Assembly (NCBI GenBank): GCA_964252035.1
Contig: OZ176201.1
Direction: 5' to 3' (one strand)
Length of the DNA: 64,000 nucleotides
From: Podarcis erhardii
Lineage: Eukaryota
Part shown: positions 1-10,940 of the stretch, piece by piece
Position numbering within the stretch: the stretch's first letter is position 1
Layout: each line of letters opens with the position of its first letter
The notes under the pieces: model-generated
What the model saw: only the letters and a program-made list of their open reading frames with translations
Database searches by the model: none
Told to the model about the DNA's origin: nothing
Translations under genes and position numbers: made by a program

Positions 1-2271
1 CAAGGACTAGATCTTCCCACCCCCTTCTGCAGTGAGAACCCAGTGCAGGAGGCTGGCTTAGTTGTAAGGCTAAAGACTGCAGTTGTCCAGGATGGAGGTG
101 GCAAAAGTACCGGCTTGAGGTTTGGTGCCTTGGGTTCTTCCCCTCCGGTGTTGAAGATATTTTGCCTTTGGGTTGAATGAAATGTACACTAGAAATCAGT
201 GTGGTTGTTTATTAAAGGCTGGGCTGACAGCACCATGAAAGGGGCTGTACCTCTTCTCTGCTCATGCAGCTGCTATTTTTCGCAGCCTCTCTATGACACC
301 CTGCCCAACACTGTCTTTAATTCTGTTCTCTCACGTGATTATAACACTCAGTTTTGCTCCGCGCTTGCATGGCTGCTGCTTCTCTTTTCTTCTTTGATGG
401 CAGAATGAAAAGCCAGCAAAAGCCTCAGGACAAAGAAATGGCCCATCCTCTGGCCATCCTAGCAAAGCTCCTCCTCATAGTGGAGCATGTTCCCCTGTTG
501 CAGGAGAAGGGTTATTTGGTTGGTGTAAAGTTGGTGTGTGGTGCTTTGCCCTGCTCAGTGGGCCCTTCTGCCTTCAGAAAGCTGAATTCTGTAAGCATAT
601 ATTGCATAATTTATTTTAAGTCTGCTATGTGGTGGTGGTGGTGAGCTATACAGGGGCCCCATTACTTTGACAGCTGCAATTCTTGCTATCCCTCATCATT
701 TTTTGCAAAGCATGGTCTACGTGCTTCCTCTTTTGTGCATCTGTAAAGACTGATATCCAGATTAATATATAATAGGAGTGATCTGGACCAGCTAGTTGTA
801 TTATGTTTCCATTGATTTCAGCGCGGCTTAGGTGAAACTAACTTAGTTTGGATCAGATCCTGTATAAATATATACTATGCTTGTGCTCTCTCTTTCATTC
901 ACATACTTCTACATATTCTTAGGAGGTTGGATTCTGTGCCTAAAGTTAGTCTGTGTTTGTGCAGTGCTCACTTGCACAGAATCCTAGCCTTGCACTTGAG
1001 TACCAGGAAATCAGCAAATGGAGGAATCTGGCAGTATGAAGAACTGCCGCTCACCATTTTGCTTCCCTCATTTGGCTTCTCTAACCTTTGCTGTCCAGAC
1101 TGGAGACATAGCACATCATTGTCACAGAGCAAAGTTAATGGAAAGTATGCTTTTTCTCCTGGTACCTTGCTCTATTGATCTCTGAAACACATTGCCTCAC
1201 TTTCATAGTGTTGTCAGCAGAAAATGCCCACGTTGGCCTATTTGGCTTTAAATCGAGAGAAAATATTAAACATAAAGTGGTATGTGAAAAGCCATATTCC
1301 TATCGACATGACCTCATCAGTGGTGTATGGGCATAGAACTTATGTCTGGGGGTTCAAGAGTTTCAAGCTTCATAGATATTTGCAGAATTAATCAGGGGTG
1401 TCCTCTTGTGCGTCCTGCAGCTCAGGAGCTGTGCCGTGCCTTTCCTTCCCATACATACTCCGACTCCAGCTGAGTTGTGCAGATCCGTACAATGAATGCA
1501 TGCATTATTATTATTTATTAGGTTTGTTAGTCGCTTGCGATCTGAAGGTCTCCAAAGGACTTACAGTACTTACCATGTGATATGTACCCCCATATCGCAA
1601 GACATCTTGAGTAGTTGTTTCCAGAAAGCAATTGCTCAAGAGGATTTGCCCTTGCCTAGTGCCAAACTGAAGGGTTGTCCTAACTCTTGTGGTTGGGCCA
1701 TCTGAGATTCTGCTGCTGGTTTCCTGCCATTCTTTTTACTCCGGGTTCAGTTGTGAACTTTGGGGCTGGTGCATCAAAGCAGGGAGTCTACATGTCTGCA
1801 TTGCTATGACCGTAGTTAGAATCAGAGTGTAGAATTCGGATAATTTCAGCTGTCCCTTTTTGTTTTAAAATAAAATCTAGCTGCCTTGAAGAACAGATTG
1901 GGACCATACACCCGGTTTTTTCCTTCAGAAACGGTCTTGAAAAACGAGTATTGGGAATCCTGTGCACTGTCGAGTGGGGGGGGCAGGAATTAGGCACTAA
2001 TTAAGGACAGGACAGGCTCATATGTCACATTTACATGTAATTGTTCAACAAAAGCAAGGTATTCTGGCTGCAGAGAGGTTTGACACAGGTAGTTCGAGCT
2101 GCTTCCGTTTTAGCAGCCTGAGAGAACACAAGGGTTCCTTCTGCTCTGCTCCAAGCCTAGTTTGTAGGCCGACAGTCCCTCTTCACCAGATAGAGCCTGG
2201 GCAGATTTTATGCTGATCAGCTGAAGAGAGAAGCACAGCTTGGCAAAGGAGTCCTGTGAGTTTCATCGTCA

Positions 2272-2277
2272 TTTATT
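2272..2277 (-). terminator. Candidate LSMEM2 poly(A) signal (AATAAA)
   Basis: tttatt on the + strand, ~380 nt downstream of the LSMEM2 stop codon. Confidence 0.55.
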
Positions 2278-2658
2278 AAAACATCTCTGCAAAGGTGCCC
2301 CATGGGCAATGATTAAAAGGTGGGTATAAAGTAGAGCAACATAGTGCAAATAAGGTGCTGAAAATAGTTCTCAAATAAAAGCAAAAGTGTATCTGAGGCG
2401 CTGAGGAAAGGCCCTCTGCATCAGTATCTTCCTGTCTGTCCCTCCTCTCTTCAGGAAGATTCCAGTTCTGCAGCCAGTGCTGCCCATAGGGCACATCAAC
2501 CTTGGCAGCACCCCACCGGTGAGTTGGGGGAGGTTGCTTAAAAGCTTGCATAGTCTAGACCAACACATGTCCATCCTCAACGTGCCAAGCAGTGAATCAA
2601 TTTTCCCATCCGGCTCCCCAAAGAAAATGTTTGTGGGGGGTTGAAAGGTAGGACTCTC

Positions 2659-2792
2659 TCAGGTTTGAAATCCTGAATCGCTGGCATTTAGCTGCCTCCA
2701 TAGCTGTAAGCTCACAGCTCTCATTTCTCGGATGGCCTCCTCCTGGGACTCCAGCCACTGGGCAAGGACACGCAGTGACTCACGCTGCAAGA
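2659..2792 (-). CDS. LSMEM2: LSMEM2 last coding exon: (V)LQRESLRVLAQWLESQEEAIREMRAVSLQLWRQLNASDSGFQT*
   Basis: Manual translation. Acceptor ctctctgcag at 2794-2793; phase 1 matches the preceding exon; TGA at 2661-2659. Resembles the human C-terminus (VLQSESLRILA...QEE...LNSS), including the N-x-S sequon. Too short for the ORF track. Confidence 0.9.
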
Positions 2793-4116
2793 CTGCAGAG
2801 AGGAGAAGCAGAAACCACGTGACTAAACAGCCTCTCCGTTTTATTTTTTGAAGAAATGTATTGCAGGCACTGTAACTTTCACTATTTTGACACTCATTCT
2901 CAAGAGCAGTTTACCACCAGGCACATCAGACTTGTACGTTGCCTTGCTAAGAGCGAACTGAGGAGCTCTTCTGCCAATATAAATCGTCTGAAATATTTTA
3001 CAGACAGAATGTTGATGAAGCAGCACTATGGGAGCCGTCACCAGAACGGTGAGGGAGCAAACTCGTTCTCTGGTGGAGTTTGAGGGACCCCATTACATAG
3101 AGAGGATTCCCCCAAATCCAGAGGCCACAGAGGACAATCCTAATGCTGGAGATTACATACCTTGGTTTATATTATTCTTGGACCTCAATAACTCAATACC
3201 ATGCTTTCCGTTCAGGCGATATGTAAACGGCCCTAATATCCTCAGATGAAGGGCGGTATATAAATTTAATAATAAAATAATAAATAATTCTGGTGACAGA
3301 CTCCTTCATCAAAGCAAGGGCTGAACAGCCATGCTGTAGTGGTTTTCCTGCGTAAGCCGAGGGCTGGACTACATGGTCTTTTGAGGTGCCATCAAGGGAC
3401 CCCAAGAGTCCTCTCGTCCAACCCCCTGCAAATTCTAAGGCCCACTAGCTGAGGGGCAGCAGTCCTCTGCTAACTAAGGGGTGGTTTGGAAAAACTTCCT
3501 ATTACATTGGTCAAGAGTACTTCACATTGGACTTCGGCATAATCCGTTTCAGTCTGGGGATACTGCTTTTTAGCATGTCCTTAGGTCACATCTGTGGCAG
3601 CCCTTCGCAAAATGTAAGCTGAGGTATAGCTTCCCGGAAAGCTGGATGTGAGGACAATAAGTTTACAATAGTTGCATCATTAGAAGTGGATGGGTGAGAA
3701 TTCAAGTGCTCAAGGGGAACAGGCTGGATTCTGTACCCCACAAAGTAATGGCTCAGGATCTATGGTGTATATATGCATTTGGAAATTTGACAGAAAGGGC
3801 TGTGGATTCCACAGAATGGGGTGCCGTTTGAGCTACTGTTTTAAGCCTATGTTTTTCAGTGGATGCCCAAATAACTTACCTGTTTTATGGTACTTTCTCC
3901 TGCATTGCCCAGGAGAACCACTATGGGGCATGATAGGTCCTCAGTTTCCTACCACCCACATTTCATCTTGCATACGGTCTGTTACCTGGGACTGGCCAGA
4001 TGAAAGTACTTGGGTCCCACAGAGCCACCCTCTTCCCTGGCCCCCATGGTGGTAGGTACCAGTTCCCACCAGGAGCTCCTTATTGTCAAGAATGGCCCAC
4101 CAGACCCTGAACCTAC

Positions 4117-4356
4117 CACTCAGATACACGGCCAGTGTGGCTAGGCCAAGGCTGGCCACTACGAGCACCCCGAGGAGAGCAAAGAAGCTTGAAGGGCAAC
4201 ATGTCGGACCAAAGCAAGGGCAGCAGGTGAACGCAGGGAGGAGATGGAGATTCTGGACGGGTAGAAAGGATGTGTCCTCTTCGTTTGGGAAAGTGAAATG
4301 TTTGGAGGAAGTGCTGTGAGGAGTCCATGGGCTGTTGGGCTGAGATGGGCTGCCCC
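4117..4356 (-). CDS. LSMEM2: LSMEM2 exon encoding the Cys-rich juxtamembrane segment and single TM helix (FFALLGVLVVASLGLATLAVYLS)
   Basis: Lies within ORF 3941..4477. Strong acceptor (ccccttcttttccag, AG 4358-4357) and donor G|gtaggt (4116). 240 bp, phase 1-1. The TM segment matches the LSMEM2 pattern LLLLALLV...LALLAVYLS. Confidence 0.9.
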
Positions 4357-4938
4357 CTGGAAAAGAAGGGGAGAGAGAGGAATGAGCAGGAGTGGGGAAG
4401 CAGCCACTGTTTATATTAGGCTGAGGGGGGCTCTTGTCTAGGGCCTCAAACTGCCCCCTTAGGCTTCTGGCTGACATGGGGCTTTCCTCAAGCCACAGCC
4501 TTCATTGGTCCCTCAAGTTCTTTTATCTTGTGTCCTTGAACTGTTGGCAATGCCTTGCTTACCTGGATCAAAGGACTGAGAGATGTGTGTGAGAGGAGGT
4601 GTCGAAACCTCTGACTTCTGCAAGACTGGAATATAGCCTGCTTTACACAGGTTAGAGTCGCATCCACTGCTCTGCCCACTTCTGCCTCTGCCACTCTCAC
4701 CCTGCTCACTGCCTGCTGGTTGCCCATGATGAAATGTGGCCTTTGGGCTGAAAAAGGTTTCCCACCCATATTAGCCCATGTAATAGCCCAGTGCCAGCTC
4801 AGCTCACAGTGTCCTGTTTTCATGGGGAAAGCTCATTACTGGTCTGGGGTCTTCTTCCTACTGCTGAACTGCTGTTTAGTTACTCTGGGCACTCGTGAGG
4901 TTGCTTGAGTTCAACTCGGGGTGCTGGGTACTACATAC

Positions 4939-5079
4939 CTTCTGAGACCCTGGTGCTCTCACGTCCGCCGGATGCATAATGCAGGTCACTAATGGACTCT
5001 ACCGCGTGCAAGTTTATTTCTGCCATGCCATTTTCAATGAGTTCCCTATCGGAGGAAGCAGCATCCTTTGCCATGGTGT
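4939..5079 (-). CDS. LSMEM2: LSMEM2 exon: (D)TMAKDAASSDRELIENGMAEINLHAVESISDLHYASGGRESTRVSE(G)
   Basis: Manual translation contains the family motif LHAVESISDLH (human LHQVESISDLH). Acceptor ctttcctgtgcag at 5081-5080, donor AAG|gtatgt at 4938. 141 bp, phase 1-1. An internal ATG at 5074 is an alternative start. Confidence 0.9.
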
Positions 5080-5569
5080 CTGCACAGGAAAGAGTGGTTT
5101 GGCGTATGAGAGGTGGAAGTGCGTCACAGCTATTTTCTTCAGTAAGGAATAAGGCTTTCCTAGAAAGTGCAGGAGGATAAGAGCCTCCCTTCCCTCAGTA
5201 GTCTCCATTCACTCTCTCCACCATCCCACCAAGTCTTTTGGTAGATACCAAAGAAGCCCCTGCCCGTAATCTGTTCTCTTAACAATTGTCATTTTTCTAG
5301 AGCTGCTCTAGTCATTTTTCTAGAGCTCCCGTGTGCCTTCTGTTGTTACACTTGCTGGTATGTTTGATGCGACGGCTCTGCCTTTACCCATTTTGTGTGA
5401 GATGAGGCCCTCAGAGACAGTAACTAGCAAAGATTTACACCCCCCACCCACTCAGGTTCTTGTGAACCTGAGACCATCTTCCATTACCAATTGGCTGAGG
5501 CAGCTGAAGGCCCCCCCCCCGACTTTAATACTTCAGATTCTGCCACTTAAGAGAATATGCACCACTTAC

Positions 5570-5597
5570 CCTTGCTGTGTTTCTGCCCTTTCCCCAT
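5570..5597 (-). CDS. LSMEM2: Candidate first coding exon of LSMEM2: MGKGQKHSK(D)
   Basis: ATG at 5597 followed by a perfect donor G|gtaagt at 5569. Phase 1 joins the 5079 acceptor in frame, giving a 180-aa protein. No sequence homology recognised; this call rests on splice signals only. Confidence 0.55.
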
Positions 5598-7411
5598 TTA
5601 AACTTCTTAGCAGCACATCCAGGGACAGGATTTCCAGTGCCTCTTTAGCAGGGATGGAATCCTGGACAGACTCTGCTGTCCTATGTAATAAGCCCCTGTA
5701 CCTTAATATAACCACTGGCCTGATTGTACACATACCATATGACCCAGAGGCTCATTTGTCAAGCTGCAGAAACTGTAAGCCTGAGCTGTATATGTTGATG
5801 CTACTGCTACCTGGCTGTCATTCCTTGCCTTTCGAAAAGCAGATTTATGCTTTCGCATATAGATCTTCCAAGTTACTGACTTTTTATTCATTTCCTTGTG
5901 TTTCTTTGTGCTTTCCCAAACTCTTTAATGGTGACACAGGTAAACATTCAACAGGTGAAGCCTATCAGAGAATTGTAGAATTAGAAGGGACTATGAGATA
6001 ATATTTCGTCCAGCCCATTGCAACACAGAAATCTTTTGCCCAACATGGGGCTTGAATCCACAACCATGAGATTAAGATTCTCATACTCTACCAACTGGAG
6101 ATCTAGACAACTTTGCCTGGGGAACAACTGCCTGTTAAATAGTAGCTGAAAGAACAACACTCTGCCAGGGTGGGGAGAGGACTAAGTTGGCAACCTTATC
6201 CTTAGCAGGAATGCTTCCCTGATTACAGAAGTGTTGCTAGCTAGGTCTTGGCTCAAATTGACAGGCACTTTGGGATCGTATCTTTCAAGGACACAAAGGA
6301 CAACGCGGCCTAATTACACTTAGCACAGCAGTGTCACCTTTTCCCAGACAGGGAAAATACCTTTAATTACAGGCTAAGACAGAAATTCAACAGTGACATT
6401 CTCTCAGATTCTCTGCCGGAATAAAAAGGCCACAGTTGTGGAATTTCTCTTTGCTGACCATCTGTTAAAGGCACAGTAGCAGCACTGGAAAAGTTCTTAC
6501 ACTTCCACATGTTTACCCAAAATTAGTTGTGCTGAGATTACATGTCTGAAATTACTTTTGTGGGTGTGTGTTTTTTTTGCCATTTTTAAGCACGTTTTAT
6601 AGGTGAAATAGGTGGGCTGTACACTACGCAAGTGCCTAGACAAAGAAAATGCCATGTTAATTAATCAAAATAAAAGAGGTTAATTGTAGAATTGTAAAAG
6701 GCTACCATAAAAATGCTTTGGTTGAGTGGAGAAGAATGGTCCTTTCAATAAAAACATTGTGTGTGGGCCAAATTGCTACATGATGTTAATTGCTATAACA
6801 CGGCCCTCAGATTGTGTTAGGGAGCAAACAACCATGTTAATTGATAATATGAATACGGTTGTAAAATGGAGTGGTTATTATAATCAGGGTGAATGACCAT
6901 AAGAACTGAACTGAGGATTGAAATGGGAGGCATTCCTATGAAAGTTGGAAGCCCATTACACGTAGACATAATTGCATGGCAGGAAGAGCCAGGCTACATT
7001 GCCTGATCTTTCCTGTAATATCTCACATCCCAGCAACCCAGATCCCTATGTCCATGAGTTGAAAGCAGACATCTGCAGAGGGATGCCTAGTCACACACAG
7101 TTGAACATTTATTTATTTAATAGCATTTATGTACTACTTGGCTGTAAACAGAACCTCTAGTCTAAGTGGTTTACAAAAAATAAAATTCTAAGGTTGTCAA
7201 TAAAAGACAAGTTTAAAACGGGTATTTTGAAAATTCAAAATATAATTTTGGACTACAACTCCCATCATTCCTAGTTAGCAGGACCAGTAGGTTGGGCATG
7301 TGATGGCAAGAGGGACAGTTCAACCCTATATGTGAAGATTTTCTGAATAGTGCTTTGGTTGTGTCAGAATCAAAGAGTATAAAGCATTTAGCTGTGGGTT
7401 ATACTTCAATG

Positions 7412-7776
7412 AGGGACGCGGGTGGCACTGGGGGTAAAAGCCTCAGCGCCTAGGGCTTGCCGATCGAAAGGTCGGCGGTTCGAATCCCCGCGGTGGGGTG
7501 CGCTCCCGTTGCTTGGTCCCAGCGCCTGCCAACCTAGCAGTTCGAAAGCACCCCCGGGTGCAAGTAGATAAATAGGGACCGCTTACTGGCGGGAAGGTAA
7601 ACGGCGTTTCCGTGTGCTGCGCTGTCTCGCCAGATGCAGCTTTGTCACGCTGGCCACGTGACCTGGAAGTGTCTCCGGACAGCGCTGGCCCCCGGCCTCT
7701 TGAGTGAGATGGGCGCACAACCCCAGAGTCTGTCAAGACTGGCCCGTACGGGCAGGGGTACCTTTACTTTACCTTT
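7412..7776 (+). mobile_element. Full-length Sauria SINE with 13-bp TSD
   Basis: tRNA-like head with B-box ggttcgaatcc (7477-7487), Sauria core (caagtagataaatagggacc) and (ACCTTT)n tail. TSD ttatacttcaatg at 7399-7411 and 7777-7789. Confidence 0.93.
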
Positions 7777-9293
7777 TTATACTTCAATGTGACTTGGATT
7801 GTGATATATATTTTCCAAGTTGTCATGGCAGGGTATTGGGAAAAGTTGGCAATTAACAATAATCATGCCTTGGATTAACCTCATTGGCTACGATACTGCC
7901 ACTGTGCAAAGCTAATGGGACTTGGATTTACCTCAGCAGTAAAAAACTAGTGCCTATGTCTGGGCTGTACCACGTCTGAATGCAAGGGGCATAGAATCAT
8001 AGAACCGTAGAGATGGAAGGTACCCTGAGGGTCATCTAGTCCAACCCCTTGCAATGCAGGAATCTCAGCGAAAGCATTTGTGGCATAACACACATCCTCA
8101 GTGTGTGCATGTATGTGTTATATGTGTGCTTGTTCCCTTCCATACAGAAAGACTCCCTGAAAAAGGTAAAACTAGATGTGAGGGAGAAGGGCTTCTTTTC
8201 GCTGACATAACTAGCTTTCTGTGTAGAGGAAGGCTTGCCCCCACCCCACCACAGATGTGTCTTCTGCCATGTGAGCTGAAACGGTAACAGTCCAGGCACT
8301 GCTGTTTGAGATAAAACTGGGCTCACTTGCTGCTATATTTGCTAGACTGTGCAGAAATATTCTGGTGGGACGTTGCAAACTCCCCTTTTAATGCAGTTAA
8401 CTTACAACTCAGCCTCCGGAAGTATTTTTCTCTTTGAACATCAGTTCCTTTGCTTTTAAAAGTAGTTTGTAACAAGTTTATTTGACTGATGTTCAAATGT
8501 TCATCTGGTTCCCATTGAACTTAGAGGATGTTTCTGATTCCGACAAGGAGACACATTCACATCTGAGAGCGATGTTCTCATACAATCAAGCTCAGCTAGA
8601 GCTGAAATGGGGTCCATTAACTATCCAGCTACATTTTGAGGGCCCATCATATTTCCTGCAGCAATCGAGTTAAATAGGATCTTAAAGTGTAACTTTGGCC
8701 TTTCTCCAATGTTCCCTTCAGTTGCCAGTTCCATATTACCCAAGTATCATTTCCACAGTGTGGAATGCAAGGAATACCAAGAAGCAGAACAAAGCTTTTG
8801 TTCCTAACTACAGTTTAGGGCAGTCTTGCTTTCCACATTTCAATCATCATGCAACAATGTGTTTGAATAGGCACGCAAAGAACTATTTTAGGGCGACATC
8901 TGTCTTCACTGTAGTTGAGTGAGCAGGAAGCAACTTTTAATTGCTTTAATTTGCATTGCATTGAGAAGGAATTGTCTGTGTGAATCAGGTCCTATTGTCC
9001 TATATTGGCAACTCAAGGGCAGGTCGTCTTGTAAAACACCACAACTGTATTATTTTGAAACCCTATGTGGTCTGCGTATTTTGCTGCGTGGGCAGAGTCC
9101 TACAGCTGAAGCAGGTTTTATTGCTGAAGGAACAGGTTATAGTAGTAAATAGGTTATAGTAGTAAATAGGCCCACATGGTTGGGTAAAAGTGGAATCTTT
9201 CCTGAAGCAGCAAATGGGACTGCGGTGAGTAAATGGTATGAGGGAGGCTTAGTGTTGGGGCTTGCACCGGGCTCTTCAATAAGCAGCCACTGC

Positions 9294-9341
9294 CTCTGAG
9301 TCAGGAGCCGGTCACTCTGAGTCAGGAGCCGGTCACTCTGA
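9294..9341. repeat. 21-bp tandem duplication (ctctgagtcaggagccggtca x2 + partial) containing AP-1 sites
   Basis: Read directly. TGAGTCA at 9297-9303 and 9318-9324. Confidence 0.9.
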
Positions 9342-10811
9342 CTGGACAGCTTCCATGACTTGGACCGAAGGCAGCAGGAGTGACTCAGCCATGTCTGAAG
9401 AAGTGTGCATGCACACAAAAACTCATACCAGTAACAAATTTAGTTGGTCTCTAAGGTGCTACTGGAAGGAATTTTTTTTTATTTTGTTTCAGCCATGTCT
9501 GAGAGAGAGAGTTAGTAAGCAAGGGGAGACCTGTGGCTTAAATCTCAACCAAATAGGCTTGCACCTAGATAATTTCCGTCCCTCTTGCCTGTGCCAGGAT
9601 CAGGCTCTTATGGACAATGTGTTTCATTCTTTTGAACCTGTTCAGCTACAGCAATATGCTCTCAAACCTCTGCTTTGAATTTCTCAGACCTGCACCAACT
9701 ACAGCCACCAGCCAGGATAAGCTCAGGTCCTTTGACAAGAATTCCCCCACAACACCTATATAAAGTCAAGAGCAGCCAAAATTCTCTCTCATTTCCAGCT
9801 GTCACCCTCATTGCTCACTGTGCCGGTGGCAGTGACAGACGAGCTGTCTTCTGTCCTTTGAACATTGCGACATGGCTTGAGACCCAGGCCTCCTGTTGCC
9901 AGGAAGGCAAGAGAATCAGATCTCCTGGTTGAGTTTTGCAGCCTGGCCCTCCAAAGAGGTGCTAGAGTCATGTCTCAATGACTAGAAGATTAACCCTACT
10001 TCAACACGCTCTCTACAACTCTCTCCCCCCCCCCTCCCCAAAACCCCCAGACCATACCTTCTCCAGTGTCACTGGACATCCCTAGAACCAGAGTCCTCTG
10101 TGTGTGGCTGTTGCAGAAGCTGTGAGGGGCCTGTGTGCAGATCCCCCTGGAACCTGATGGGGAAGTAAACACAGGCTTCTGCCTGTCATATCAGCTGCTC
10201 AAGCTTAAAATAGGAATAAGTGGAGCCCAAGGAGGAGCTATAGATAGAGACCAAACAGAGGGGCTGGAGAGGATACAGTGGGGGCTTATGTTAAGTGAGT
10301 GCTGGGAAAAGAAAGAGCAGGCTGGCAGAATGCAGAAAGGCTACTGCATTGGGGAGAGACAGACAACTGTGGCAGGAAGGCAACAGTTTCCTAAGAACAG
10401 CAAAGGTAGGATGAAGGAGTCAGTATGGAGGAGGGGGAAAGCACGGAACCCTTATTTTATTTATTTAGTTACTGGCTCTCCCTGTCTCCATATTATTAGA
10501 TCAGGCTGAGAGTGAGTGACTGGCCTAAGGTCCCTCACTCAGCTTCATGGCCGAGTGAGGATTTGAACTCAGGTCTTAGCCCAACATTCCAACCATGGCT
10601 CTTAGGTTAGCGAAATGGAAAATCAGATTATTCTCCTTCCTGAACAGAGATTCCCCCCCCCCAAAAAAAAATGGTATCAGAAAGCAGCTAAGCGGCATCT
10701 GACATCTCCCGAGTATGTGCTCAAAGAAGCAGGCTGCACATTGATTCATAGAACAGCAGGCAATCAACCATGGGAGCTGTGTGCAATAGGCCAGTGGCAG
10801 ATGATGATGAT

Positions 10812-10940
10812 GAATACTATTATTATTAATTTATACCCCACCCATCTGGCTGGGTTTCCCCAGCCACTCTGGGCAGCTCCCAACAGAATATTAAAAACAC
10901 AACAAAACATCAAACATTAAAGACTTCCCTAAACAGATGT
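10812..10940 (-). mobile_element. 3' end of an L2/CR1-type LINE (old fragment)
   Basis: (TTA)n tail next to tttataccccacccatctggctgggtttccccagccactctgggcagc. The same family recurs at ~55630-55830. Family assigned from recollection of lizard repeats. Confidence 0.55.

Noticed and set aside
4563-4747. Longer version of the LSMEM2 cassette exon using the ctttttcag acceptor
   Set aside because: It ends in phase 0 and would frameshift the TM exon; the region also resembles a hAT-MITE end.
5333-6001. 222-aa + strand ORF over the LSMEM2 5' region
   Set aside because: Starts at GTG, has no domain or coding-like pattern, and overlaps the presumed LSMEM2 first exon and promoter.
7443-7736. Near-identical ORFs MTDSGVVRPSHSRG... 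(also 32987..33259)
   Set aside because: Antisense translations of the two Sauria SINE copies, not a gene pair.
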